Of a DNA stretch of 64,000 bases, positions 1-13,566 are shown piece by piece. This DNA comes from Octopus sinensis. Taxonomy: Eukaryota. The notes under the pieces are model-generated. The model made no database searches. It was not told the DNA's origin and saw only the letters and a program-made list of their open reading frames with translations. The stretch spans positions 121,644,001 through 121,708,000 of the forward strand of contig NC_042999.1 in assembly GCF_006345805.1 (NCBI RefSeq), given 5' to 3'. Positions within the stretch are counted from its first letter, which is position 1. Each line of letters opens with the position of its first letter. Made by a program: the position numbers and the translations under genes.

Positions 1-1004
1 ATCCTCATTTTGTTTTCATCATGTAAAATAACATTTGAAGTATAAGATCTCTTTCTCTTGCATTCTCAACACTCACATACACATATATATTGTAGTGAGG
101 CTTCCGTTGAGCTTTGAACTATAACTCGCAGATTTTCTTAGTCTAGAACCTAATATATATCCAGAAAAGAAAAGTGTCACTGTAAAAGGTAATAATGCCT
201 AATTTATATGGCTTGACCACTCAGCACTAGCTAAACTATTATGGTTTATGTGGCAAGCTTTAATGGATGTGTGCAACTTTTCATGCCAAAGTTTTGTCAT
301 AAAAAGTTGGCAAATTCAACATTAGGCCAGAGTCACTTGCCGATCTAAGGGAATCTATGTCACTTGGCTCACTGATTTGGTCTCTCCTACTCTTTCACTT
401 TTCTTATATAGCATGCTTACAGCATACTTATCATAAGGATGTTACATATTACACATTAAAAACAAGCAATCATTTAAATTTCTCTTAATTATTTCATCTT
501 CAATGGACTATGCACTACTTTCATAATACTATCTAGCATGTTATAATATGGAAGATTCCCAACTGTTGTGTTCATTGAACATTTATTTAATTTATTGAAT
601 GTGCACTTGTAGATATAAACATAGTGGATTAATATAACATTTGAAAACTCGATAAAATTTTAGTGTGGTCATTGTCTTCTTACATTGCCTAACTTACAGT
701 GTGAACAGCTAATGAAGAATATATGACCAACCACCATGCTAAAATATATCTATAAATCCTTTTGTACAAATAGGAGACTGAGTGCTTAATACTTGTTATT
801 TATTTATTTGTGTGAAACTATTGATGAATACTTTTCTTACTGGAACAAATGCAGAAAAGCATTGGAGTAGCTAAAGAATAAATCTTCAGCTTTGAACAAC
901 TACACATTAACATAAACCTTCAGGACTTTTGAATAAAATTATGAAGAAATTTTACAACAGTTTTTTATACTGACAGAAATCCTCAATCTTCTAGGAGAGA
1001 GTAT

Positions 1005-1160
1005 TGTTGACCAAATCAGTCCCATTGTTTGATTGATACTTATTTTATCAAAACTGAAAATGTAAAAAGCAAAGATAATCACTGTGAGATTGAAGAGAGA
1101 ACATAATGTGAAGCTCTAAATTCATTGCTAGGCTTTATCATTTCTGTAACTCTTCCATCA
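1005..1160 (-). mobile_element. Degenerate short tRNA-derived SINE (same family as the 63 kb array)
   Basis: gatacttattttatcaaaactgaaaatgtaaaaagcaaagataatc...ttgaag is the reverse complement of the ttcatc...gataaaatgagtacc core seen at 63031-63870. Confidence 0.55.
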
Positions 1161-2742
1161 ATAGAAGGGATCCCCTTTGTCCTTACTTAACCTACTAGAA
1201 ACATCAACTAAATCTGGATAAGGTCGTTCTGGGTATGGAAAATGTAAAATAAGAGTGTCATAATATAGAGTGGGCTTGATTATAAAACTGTTTTCTCAGA
1301 TAAAAATTTGATAAAAATAGCACAACATAATCCCTGCATGTTGTGCTTGATTTTCATATTCGGAATATTTCAGTGCTTATGACAGTGATTGAAGATGAAG
1401 AAAAAACAGTTTTGATAAATATATTTTAAAATTGCTTTGTTCATTAATTCAAGTTTATTATTATCTAACTGAAGTATATCATTCTATAATTCAAATACGC
1501 CAAAGCATAACTTAAAATTATAAAATATTAAACAGAAGAATATATATAATGCTTTTGATATATGATAGCTCATTTGCTAATCTCTCAATGTGGATTCTGA
1601 TTTGCTTTTTAATTTTAGTATATTTAAGCAAATTAAAACCTGAATATTAATTCGAATGAATCTTAAAATGCTTATATACTGAAAAGGCTTATTACACAAC
1701 ACTAACCGACTATGATTCAAAGCAATAAGATCAATAAGGATTATTTTTAATCAATCAAGTTGAAATTGTAAAAGGTTAAAATAAAAATTATGCTTAATAA
1801 TATCTATATGATTAGCTATGATGTTTATACTCAGTTGTTGCTCAAACAGAGTTTCAATGTATTCAATAAAATTATTGTTTATATTTGCAATTCAGGTGAT
1901 TCTGAATTTTGTTATAATTCTAAATGTTTCTTAAAATAATTATCTTTGATGTATTTAAACACAAATAAGTGTTAAATAGAAGAATGCATTAATAGTTTGA
2001 CATTGAATTGAATGAGATTTATAACAGTAAATAGAAATAAATAATATTTAACAATGTTTTAGACAAAAACATTAAATTCTAACCTTTTTCCACTCTTTAT
2101 ATGAATTGGATCTATCTGCATACTACAAAAAGTGCCATAATAAATGTCAGTTACGAGATAGAAAAATAAAGAGGAAACAAAACAGTTGCAGCAAATGAAA
2201 GATATCAGGCTGAACAGCAGTTAAATTGGCTTTGAGATGCAAACAGATGGAACAGTTTACCAATTCAATTTAAAAGAAAAGCTGAGTTAGATACAAAAGT
2301 GAAGCATGATTATTTTTAACAATAACAATAAAACTGAGAAAGCCAAATTCAATGAAAATCAATATTGGGTCTAGAATCAAAAGTGTAAATTGCCAACAGG
2401 GAATATGTGTAATAATATGATGCATTTAAAAAGTAATGTTCATTTCATTTTGCTTTTATATTAAATGAAAATAACTGTTGTTTTATGATAATTGAAAATG
2501 CTGTTGTTACATTTTTTAACAAAAAATACTTTTTATTCTCATTTCTAACTGTAGTTATAAATATTCATAGTGTTTAAATTAAGGAAATGATATATAGATG
2601 GATGTTGGTGTATTGGCCTATAGCGAGACCATTTGTTGAAAAGATTCTAATTCACTCATAATAGATTATACCTCTAAGTTAGGCCTGCCACTTTATTTAC
2701 TCTCCATCTAAGCACAAAAAACAGTTTTTTTGTTTTTTTCAG

Positions 2743-2798
2743 GTATTAGTTGGCTTACAAAGAGAAGCCAAGAATGAAGCATTGACTTCATATTTCAA
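2743..2798 (+). other. Candidate short exon / recursive-splice exon (56 nt)
   Basis: Pyrimidine tract tttttttgtttttttcag, then GTATTA..., then donor aa|gtaatt at 2799; one frame is open (VLVGLQREAKNEALTSYF). Confidence 0.3.
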
Positions 2799-3447
2799 GT
2801 AATTTTCATAGAATGAAAATGGTACTAAAAATGTTACTACTTGCATAATTGCACCTAAAACTACACACTTTTCAACAGTTACATAATCATCAGTGTTTTC
2901 AGATGACAATGAAGCAAGATTGATGTGGCAGGCTACGGGGAGATGATACTGAGACTGATATTAAAGGGTGGTACAGAAAAGTCCATTTCAAGTACTGAAA
3001 GAATTCATATCTCATTTCAGCTGCATTTCTTAACTAGTAAACAAAATTATATTATAGGAAAAAGTTCTTTTTTTTCTATAAAAAGAAGACAGAAAATTAC
3101 AGAAATATTTCATGGCAAAATTATATAATAAAAAAATTTATTCATTATCTCCTGAAATGTGCTAACCTGTCAGCCAAACTCCATTAAATCTAATTACATG
3201 TCAGTGTTATATGGTAGCTTTACAATCATTAATATGAAGACTTTGAAACAGAAATTAGGAATGACCTAAACTCATTACTATACTAATACCAAGCATAGAA
3301 GAAATATCAATTATGGAAGAAACAGCAGTGTGTTCTGAAAGAGTTAGACTACCAGAGATGCTAGTCAGTTCTGTTAAAAGTGATAAACCCTGATATTATG
3401 AAACACAGTTCCATGTATCACAACATATACATATGCATATAGATACA

Positions 3448-3875
3448 GGCATGTTGTTAATAAGTTTGCTTCCCAGCCAGAAGGTTTCAGGTCTAATCCC
3501 ACTGCATGACACCTTAAGGAAGTGTCTTCTGCTATAACTTGGACCAGCCAAAGCCTTGTGAATTAACTTGTTAGATGGAAACTCAAAGAAACATATCACG
3601 CATATATGTGTGTTTGGACAGGAAGCATGCATGTTTCTTTCTCCTTGTCTTGACATTTCATTATATCTGTAAGCAAGTGTCACCATCATACAGATAATGT
3701 CATTCATTTCTAGCTTTCCAGAAGATGTCTGGCCAAGAGGGAATATGATCTTACTTGGAAACAGATGAAGGTTGGTGACAGGAAGAGATATAACTGAAGA
3801 AAATATGCTTCAACAAACAACTCTGTCTGGCCCATTCAAGCATGGAAAAGTGGACATTAAAATGATGAGGATGAC
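3448..3875 (+). mobile_element. tRNA-derived SINE with CORE-like domain and RTE-type tail
   Basis: Head and core (cactgcatgacaccttaaggaagtgtcttctgctata...ccaaagccttgtga...gatggaaact) align with the copy at 17118; tail is gcatggaaaagtggacattaaaatgatga. Confidence 0.75.
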
Positions 3876-3904
3876 AATATATACATATATATACATATAT
3901 AAAT

Positions 3905-4230
3905 ACTTGTACCCTGGTAAAAAAAACTGGTTATCACCTTCAGATAAATGTGAAGAGGCATCTTTTTGCAGAAGATTCACAGCAATAATCAAGCAGTAAG
4001 AATTGACTGAAACTCAACACATGGGATTACACTGTAGCTGAGACAGGAGACTGAGGTCAGCTATCACAGTTTATGAAGCTACCAAGAGAAATTTCAAAGG
4101 AAATTTAAATTAAACTAAAATCTGCATCAATTCTATAAAAAGATGACTGAAGATCCGTTGATCACATGGTCAGTGTAAACTTGATTGAAACTTGTGTACT
4201 TCTATGGTCATCAAATTTATAGTAACTATA
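3905..4230 (+). mobile_element. Possible Tc1-like transposase N-terminal fossil
   Basis: Translation LSPSDK...RRFTAIIKQ plus a downstream ETxRRRLR-like segment loosely resembles the Tc1 DNA-binding region; heavily decayed. Confidence 0.3.
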
Positions 4231-5124
4231 GAACTACCCTTTTTTTCTATTTGTTGAGGCTTGGGGTCATTCTTAATCAATATCCTAACCAACACACAGT
4301 TCAGTCAAAGTTAATATTTGAGTGACTTGTCTTTTTACTAATTCTCATTCTTATGTTGTTACCTGACTTCTGAAACAAGGGTTTCTACTGTAATACGCTA
4401 TTTCATTGAACATCTGTCTTATAGCATGCTCTTCTTTATGGTCCTTTTCCCAGACAAATACAATATTAATTCTTTTAAATTTTGTGTTGATCATTTTAAG
4501 ATTCTTAGGGCAACTTCTCATAAGATTTTTCTTTCTTTTGCTTTGTTTTGTAACTCTCAACATGCTAAGTGGTTGCTTGAGGCCTGTTTTATTGATAGTT
4601 GCTCATCACTTTGTTGTAAATGACTTCCAATAAAAAAAACACACAAAATAGGTAGATATATAGACAAAGATAGATGAGATCATGAATATAACCACAAACA
4701 CAATATACTATTGAGTTTCATATTATATTTATGCCCAGGGAGAAAGAAATGGAATGTCTGAATGTTTTAGGTATGGCTTTGTTTCAAAAGAAAGATTTAA
4801 ATGAAAAAGAAAAAGAGAAAAATGTATGAGGAAAGGAAGGAAATCCATGTGTGAGACTCAAAGCAGTGCCATATTGGAAATGACTGGAAGTAAGAATAAG
4901 AGACAACGTTTTAAAAAGCAGGACAGTGGGAAAGGAGATACAAAGCTGGATGTAAAATGTGCAGAGTATATGTGTGTGTTTTGAACATTGAAGTGTATAT
5001 AAGTTCATTTGGAGTAGGTGTGCACTTTTTTGTTATGCTTTTGAATGTGTGTGAGTTGTGAATGTGTGAGATGATTATGTAAGAGTATTAAAGAAGAAGA
5101 ATGGATTAAGATCTGATGGCATGA

Positions 5125-5300
5125 ACTACATACATACACACATACATACATACATACATACATACATACATAATACATACATAATACATACATACATGTG
5201 TGTGTATGTATGTATACAGGTGTATGTTTGTATATAAATATACGATCATATGATTAATGTATATATATACATGTGTGTAGTAATGTATATATTTATGTGT
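5125..5300. repeat. (TACA)n/(TG)n/(TA)n compound microsatellite
   Basis: Direct reading. Confidence 0.95.
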
Positions 5301-6126
5301 GTGTTTGTAGGTATGTATAATGTAAAGTAATATAGTAATAGGAATTATGAATCTGAGCAGGTGCCTGGTAAATACTCTAGTATAATCCGGGTTCTGGATA
5401 ACCACATCAGATGGTGTGGTTAGCTCAAGTAAAAATTTTTAATGAGACATTACTTACACAAACAGTACACCAATGGATTATCTCAAAAAAATTGTAGACT
5501 TACTATAGATAGCTTTTAATAATCTATCAATAAACTTCAGCCTTTTACTGTCATGCTGCTCCTTTTAAAACTTCAAGGGTCACTCTATATTTAAATGATA
5601 ACAGACTTTATCACCATATCATATTTCACAACAACCTCTGCTATCTTCTGCACTAGGCACACATATCTTCACCACTAAATTATACTTAAAATAAGACTAT
5701 CAAGTACTGAACTCTTCAGTTCACCTCAAAATCCCATGGTGGTAATAGCTTGAATAAAGCTGCATGGATATGTATACCCTGGCTGAACTTATAATGAAAT
5801 TTAACCAACAGGATGCAATTAAATGCCACATCTTAGGATAGCTATGTTAAAGGAACATGCGTTGCCCTGATTACAAGAATAATATAACATGAGGTCTGAA
5901 ATATGTGTTTCAATTTTGTAAGTGACTGAGGACTTTCTTTAAATGTAAATAAAAAAATATTGTTTACAAACTTTCTACTACTTGTAGCTTAAATAAATTG
6001 CAATGATTAATTTGCATATATATTTTATGCATTTTGATTGCTATTTAAATTGATATGTAAATGTAATTTTAACAGTGTTTTGTTTCACTGCTGTATTCTA
6101 TTACTGATATTTAAATTTTTAGTCAA

Positions 6127-6129
<3 letters not shown>

Positions 6130-6190
<61 letters not shown>

Positions 6191-6226
6191 AAATGTGGAC
6201 AACCTGTTTTTATATATATATATATA
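6130..6226. repeat. (TA)n microsatellite, two tracts
   Basis: Direct reading. Confidence 0.95.
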
Positions 6227-6367
6227 CAATAAATATATTCTCAGTAGGATATAGTGTAATCAAATTCAAAACAATATCAACATGATATTATATATATAAG
6301 CAACATCGAATTTTTTATATACTTTATTTAACATTCAACATATTATTTATATACTATATCTATATAC

Positions 6368-6935
6368 TGAAAAAGAATTTGAAGGATTTGAAAATAACAG
6401 TGAGTATGAAAAATCCGATTCCCAAAATTCCAAATATGAAGTTGAGACAAACTTTTGAACTTGACAGAGAAATATAAAACTATTTATATGCACCTTAATT
6501 TTGAAAAAAGAAGTTTTTGAAAAATGTTGATATTTAAGTTCAAACAAATAAATAATTTGTTTCTTTAAAAATTAAAATTTTTTGTACCATATAGGTACTA
6601 TGAATAAACTATATGCATGGAAAAAATTTTGGGTTTCAGAGTTTTAGAAAAGAAAACACAATTAAAACTAAAAATTACATTTGTAGAAAGATAAAAATAA
6701 AAATTTTACAAGCATAAAAGGTTAGTGTTGTGATGTCACAAATAAAGTAACTGAACATTCTGGAAAAATAATGACATTTGATATATTCAAAATTACAAAT
6801 ATATACAATAATATATAAATAGTTTTGTATTTTTCTGTGAAGATCAAAAGTTTGAGTCTCATCTTCACTGCTAGGATTTTGGGAATCAGATTTTCATTCT
6901 CATTGTCATCTTCAAATCCTTCAAATTTTTTTTCA
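6368..6935. repeat. Inverted duplication, arms 6368-6489 and 6813-6935
   Basis: tgaaaaagaatttgaaggatttgaaaataacagtgag...aaaactatttatat matches the reverse complement of 6813-6935, roughly 80% by eye. Confidence 0.8.
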
Positions 6936-7960
6936 CTGCTGCTCTCACCTTCTTCATTAATCATTTCATTTTTCGTGCCATCTAAAGTATTGTCAGTACT
7001 GCCTTCCTCGAAAGTTTTGATAACAGTCTTTTCTTTCTTTGCATCCCATGATACCTTAATCCACGAGCATATTTTTGCAACACTAGTTCTCTTCATACAT
7101 CCAGTGGTGGTTTATTCATATTGAACTGAAGTATTCATATATTTATTCCATTCCTCATACAATAAGTTTGAAGGGCTTGCTTATAGAAATATAAAACCTC
7201 TAAATGTGAGGTATGTTCTGGATTGATTGCTATTGTTGTGCTATAATTCTGCAAGGTAATCTTTGTTGCTTTGTCAAGATGAGATTTTAATGTAACAAGT
7301 ACAAATAGGTTTGGCTTTTTTAACATTCCCTCTAGTCATTTTGGCCTTATCTTTTTAATCAAAAGACTTATTCCATCTTGTTCCATCCATTCTTTGGGAT
7401 GGACATTTACATGTATGCCCCTAAATATTCTCTCTTTTGAAAGAGATTTTCATAAGTGGAGCTTCATCCATATTCCCAATTCCTTGCATTTCAAAATTTT
7501 GCTTTTTTCCTGTGAAAGCCTTACCTATGAAAATTCTATTGTTTCTGCATCTGGTCAATACCTTTTCATGTTTACCTACACAGTTCATATCTTTATATGT
7601 AACTGTTGATCCCTTCCTTTAAAGTTACTTATTTGTAGGCCCTTTGCAACTTTTATTGATGAAATAATTATCATCTTTACTGATAAAGCAATACCAGATT
7701 TTCTGTCATCAACTGTCTCCTGCTGTTCTTCCAAGTTTGGTCATTTAGCAATATCAGCTTGAAAACTGCATTTTATGCATGGTAAAGATTTCAGCTTTTC
7801 TTGTTTGCATCATTCTTGTATTCTATATTCTGTCGATTGCTCCACGAAATGACTAGATGCAGCTTTATTGCCATTTTCCTGAGTATATTCCATCAATTGT
7901 AACAAGTAACTGGCTGCATATACTCACCGCTTTTGTTTAAATCTAGTGAAGGATGGTGCC
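6813..7960 (-). mobile_element. Decayed pogo-superfamily (POGK-like) transposase
   Basis: Minus-strand segments in correct order: YAASYLLQLMEYTQENGNKAA (Brinker-type DBD), GIGNMDEAP (first catalytic D), HVNVHPKEWME, INPEHTSHLEVL (IPGG.TS.LQ.LD-like), MKRTSVAKICSWIKVSW...NTLDGT plus acidic tail; frameshifted and internally deleted. Confidence 0.8.
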
Positions 7961-10293
7961 AAGTGGACATTTAAAATGTTATGTGAATGAGTGTAGCAAA
8001 CTGAACTAGGAGAGTTTTACATTCAACTTCTTGCTGCTATTGACCAATGAGAATAGCTTGATTACCAACTGGTTACATAAGGATAAATAGTTGACCTCAA
8101 AGTCAACCCTTACTTGATACTCAGTCACGCATGAAGTCTTGTTAAAAGCTTCCTTCTGAAATTATTCAGACAGTCCCAATTTATGAGAGTTTGATGTTTA
8201 AAGATACACATGTATGGGAGGCAGTGGAATTTCAACAGATCATGACAAATCTCTTTTCAGTTCCATGTAAATATAATTATCTTAAATTTATTTTAAATTG
8301 GAGTATTTTGCAAATCAGATGACTAATGGTAGATTTATTTCGATAAAATCTTGGCTTCACCTATGATACAGTTACATATACTTTATATTTACTCTCTATA
8401 TTAGTATCTTTTAATTTACAAACAATATTGTTTTGAAAATAATTGATTATTTGGAAAGTAATTTGATGCAAAATAGTTACTTTCATGTATGTCATGCAAA
8501 AACGTTTGTTTAAAGCCTTTTTTATTATTAAAGAAAAAGGAGTGTGTTATTGCTGGCAAGTTCAGAATGCTATGTAAAGTGAGTTATTATCTTGTATTAT
8601 TTCTAATTTAATGTAATGTTATTTAATTATAATGATTTCTCATACAGGCATAGAGCTTAACGAATATGGAATAAGAAAGTGAAACATTCATAGCTTTTCA
8701 AAAACCATTAACAAAATAAAGAACATAGTTTGAAAAGGGAATTGAAACTAGGTAGCAGAGCTTACTACTGCAATACAATGCTAAAAGCAAGAAAAAAATC
8801 CAATAACAAATTTTAAAAGGGGAAGGTAAATCATTTGTTATACTCAAGTGCAAGGAACAGTCTAGCTAAGATAGATAAATGATTTCTAGTTTCACTTATC
8901 TTATTGACTTTTTCATGATTGAATCAGTAACTGACAAACAGAGCAAACCAAAATTATTTTTAGTTCTTTTACTCCAGGCATGCAACTCATTCATTTCTTA
9001 AGGAGTTGTTCCAATTTTGCTGGATTGATTTTAAGCATTTTTTTCCTTCAGAAGTAAAAGCATGTATTGTATGCATTGAATACTTATTGCAATGATTCTT
9101 CCAAGTTCTATGTGTAATGCTGTATTATAACATCATAAAATTAAAATTAAAAAAAAAACAATGCTGATAAACACAACAATTTTAAGGGCATAAATGAAGC
9201 CAACTTTTCCTTTATAGAATTAAGAAAGGATTAAAATCTGATTAATATTTGTGAAATAGCGATGGATTCAAAGTGAAATGGCAACAGATTCAATGTGAAA
9301 TATGAATGTTTCTGAAAAAATACTGGAATCTACTTGATAAATTTTTAATATTTATGAGGAGATATTTATTTTCTATGCACCTCTTATTCTTTATGGCAAA
9401 AGCGCCCAATCAGGCAAAATAACAAGAAAGTACTGAAATTAAATAAGACAATGTGGGTCTAGTTAGTTAATACTCAGTTTCGCAGAACCAATAGTTATAA
9501 AGTTAGTTACCAGCTTTAACAATAGGTTCACATCTTATTACATACATTGAAGAGTTGTCCCCTTACAAGACACTTTTTTCTTTAATGTTTCACTTAGATT
9601 CCTTGCCTACTTTAGAGCTGATTGTTCATAGAAGTATGGATGGGTAATTAACAAAAAACTTGTCTCATTAAAACGAAAATATTCATATTTGTGGGAAGAA
9701 TGACAAATCTTTCAACAAACAGAGCTTGCCACTATTTTCATTTCCATATTTTCAGTCTCATATATTTCACTTCATTTCTATTTTAAATATCAATAAAAAC
9801 TGAGGAATAAATAATCAAGGGTGTAACTATACATAAATAAATTTCTGATCTGGGGAAAAAAGTTAAAATTACCATATGCCATGCCAACATTACCATTCAG
9901 ATCTTGTTAAGCTACTTAACTCACAACGACTCCTAATTAAACATCAACAACAGAAAAATAGCTAAATATTAAAATATCTCTTCAGGAACATAACTGAATC
10001 ACCATCTGTGTATCATAATAAATGTATACACACTGTTAGATGGTGTAATTGTCTTAGATATTGTCTTAGATAGGTTTCTTACAAATTTGTATCAGAATAT
10101 AAATGCTACAGTGACTTATGAGAGTGATAGATTCAATTTGGTTTTGTTGATGCTTGTCAGTGCCAAACTCTCCATTGTCACCAACTTAAATGAAATTCAT
10201 GCTTTGATATTGAAGAAACAGTGAAAGTTTTCATTGGCATTGCAGAAACCTACTGAGCTGTAGAAAATCTCAGTATACACAATTCAAACAGCA

Positions 10294-11112
10294 TTAGTCC
10301 TAAATAGATAGAAAGCTAAGCTTAAACTTTTTTCAACTTATCACAAAATTATCAAATTTATTTCGTTAAAACAGAAATAATTAATTAGAAGATTCTCAGC
10401 TATGCTACTTGCGAGTGTTTGGCATACTCAGCATATAATAATTTATAATTATGAATGCTTCTTATAAAACTGTGTATAATACTAAATATATACACACACC
10501 ATTAAAAGGCATCATGTCGTCAAACTGTCTGAGATAAAATCCCTTCATAGTTAGGTGACAATTGAATGCACAGCATTCAAACCTTAATAAAGGCAAAATT
10601 CCTCTGTTGTTCTCATGAGTCACTGCAGTGACAATATTTGGCTTACACTGATATATATTGTGTTTTTAACACCAGTTTATGAAGAAATTTTATCTTGGAC
10701 TATTCGATAGAATTATGCCATGTAATGATGTATATACATTTTGTATGATTCACAAATGATGATTTTAATTTAATGCTGTTTCATTTGCATGTACCAAGTT
10801 TAACATAACATAACTATAATCTCTCAACTCAAGAAAGCCATAAGCTGAATACTTAATTGAAGACAACGATACTGTTCGGAAAGAAGTTTTGGTACCTAGA
10901 TTTTTACCATATAGGCTAGTACTATTTAAGCTGGTTGAGCTTAGTCCCAAATAAATAGAAAGCTTAAACTCTTTTCAACTTATCACAAAATTATCAAATT
11001 TATTCAGTTAAAAGAGAAATAATTAATTAGAAAATTCTCAGCTATGCTACTTGCCAGTGTTCAGCATACCTAGCAAGTGATAATTTATAATCATGAATGC
11101 TTCTTATAAAAA
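10294..11112. repeat. Direct repeat of about 175 bp (10294-10470 and 10941-11112)
   Basis: Both copies read ttagtcc.aaata.atagaaagc...caacttatcacaaaattatcaaattta...ttctcagctatgctacttgc...atgaatgcttcttataaaac. Confidence 0.9.
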
Positions 11113-12349
11113 CCTAAGTAATATAGGATGTGTATATATAGAAAGATAACTGACATTTGAAAAGTAGCATAGATGCAGCAGTAGACTCCTAGTATATTCC
11201 ATTTTTCTCTACCTTTCTTGAAGTGTACATCAATTGCCTTCAAGTGAGTGATTTTAAGTAAGATTACTCTTGCTTTTATAAAATCAAATGCTCAGCTGTG
11301 AAGGGAAATTCATACAATCTTCTCTTGCTATTCATGCAGCATCAGATACAAGAATGAAAAGGATATATGTAAAAATGTCAGAAAAGTATAAAAGTAATGC
11401 AAGTTATACAAACTTTTAAGCAGGATTTTAATGTTACTATTTGAAAACAGCTATATTATTTTAGATTTATAAACAGTAAAAGAAAAAATGATAATCTGAT
11501 AATATTTCATTTTTAATGTTAAATCCTACATCTTAAGTTTATAATTAAAATAAAAACAGAAAATGATGAGTATTTAGGTAATAAAATGTATATCGTTTTT
11601 AATGCCTTGCTGTCCCTGGCTTATATCTAAACTAATAAGATTATATAGAGCTCAAGAGTCAATTTTTCTTGGCAAAGATTTCAGTTTGGCACATATTATC
11701 CCATGCCAAGAATTTCAAGCAACAGAAGAAGCCAATTTACAATGCTTGTTGAGCAGAATTACTAAGTCTTGTTTCAGTACAATAGAAACTATATATTTTA
11801 TAGGTAAAGCTAAAAGCTTTCTGGGAACAAAACTCTAGTCTTCTCTATAATCGATAAAGATTTAAGCCAACAATATCAGTGAGTAAATTTGACAAAAGCA
11901 TAGAATAAAAGATCAAAAGAAAGAAATACGAATGCTATAGACATTGGCTACTGAGTATCTCAGATAAAATATAGCAATGCATAGTAATGGTTATTTCTGC
12001 AACTCTTCCTTATTTTATATGCATTTCTGATTTATATTCCTGTTGTTACTAAAAAAACTTTAAATGAAATATCTGGTAAACGCATATTTATAAAAAATAA
12101 CATGTTTTGTATACCAAATGGTTATTTACAGATTCAAAATTAGTAATATAAAAATAGGTCTTTCAATGGAAATGAAGGATTGCAATATTTAGTCTCCTTA
12201 TTTTTACACTTATTCATTTGCTGGGGTGTTTTGAGTTATTTGAAATGAAGATAAATTTATATATTTTTTTCGTTTATGCAAAAAATATTGAAGCTATAAA
12301 TAATAGATATATGATGAAAACGAGTCTTGGTGCTTAACTTGTAAACTTG

Positions 12350-12405
12350 ACATATACAAATATATATATAATGCATAACATACACACACATATACATGAA
12401 TACAA

Positions 12406-12436
<31 letters not shown>

Positions 12437-12474
12437 CACACACATATACATATATACATATATACATACATACA

Positions 12475-12505
<31 letters not shown>

Positions 12506-12510
12506 GCACA
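12350..12510. repeat. (CA)n/(TA)n/(TACA)n compound microsatellite
   Basis: Direct reading. Confidence 0.95.
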
Positions 12511-12879
12511 CTATTGTTCTATTTGAATTTATGTACACCTTTTAATTACTTGCTCTGAATGTGTCTTTTAAAAATGTCAAAAATTAACTAAAATGTTTAT
12601 TTAAAAATGCAATTTTCTTCAAGCTGTTAATCAAACAAACAATTTTGAACGATGTTACAATCTTTACAGTAAATAAATGAATCAGTAAAATGTATTTTGT
12701 TGTTGTAGATATAAACACAAATATGCTCTAAACATCTAAAATATTTTCCCATTCCTTTTTAAAATTAATAACCTTATTAAGATATATTATGAGATATAGA
12801 AATATTAATGGATAAATTTGGCAGCGGTTACATGTGTTTAAAAGAGCGTCTGCAGCACAGAGAAATGTCTCAGAATATA

Positions 12880-13025
12880 TGTGACACTTATTAAATTGAA
12901 TGTGGAGGATTGAAAGGAATATTAGCCTTATCAGGATGTAGAATTGAAATTTAAAAGAATGTAACTAAATGCATAGCAGTATTTATTGCAATACTCTGCT
13001 AGTTTTGTCACTCACCATTGCCCTT
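12880..13025 (-). mobile_element. Degenerate short SINE (63 kb family)
   Basis: acttattaaattgaa...ggattgaaaggaatattagcc...ctagttttgtcactcacc resembles the reverse complement of the family. Confidence 0.45.
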
Positions 13026-13346
13026 TATAGGAGAGAAGCCAATTCTCCCTTAAATTACACCATATAGTCTAAAAAGGAATGACATTAGATAATTTAAAGA
13101 TGTAGAATGATTATGATTGCATCTAGTTGGGAATAAACAATAACAGTGTTAGATAGTCAGGATTAAATAATGATACTTGTGAAACGTTCAATTGTAGTAA
13201 ATGACAATCATTGTTGTCACTTCTTTAGTTAAGAAATCATCTGCTCTCTTTTTGTCTTAGTGAATGTATGGAATAAGGGAAACCATTCAAGAAAAACAGA
13301 GAAGTGTTAATGACAGAAAGGGCATCTAGCTGTATTAAAATTCTTC

Positions 13347-13390
<44 letters not shown>

Positions 13391-13566
13391 GAAAAACAAG
13401 AACGAAAATGCTACTTTCTTAAAATTGAGTACATTTTAATTTTCCTTTCAGTTTTTGAAAAACCTTATCAAAAATATGTACTAAAATGGAATATGTAAAG
13501 AGAAAAGAACTATTAAAAAAATTAAATTAAAATTAAGATTAACATTCCTAGTTTACTTTCCTTTTT

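Noticed and set aside
91-446. Possible solo LTR (TGTAG...TTACA)
   Set aside because: No matching target-site duplication and no second copy in the window
4351-4620. Possible Tigger N-terminal remnant
   Set aside because: Similarity too weak to support by eye
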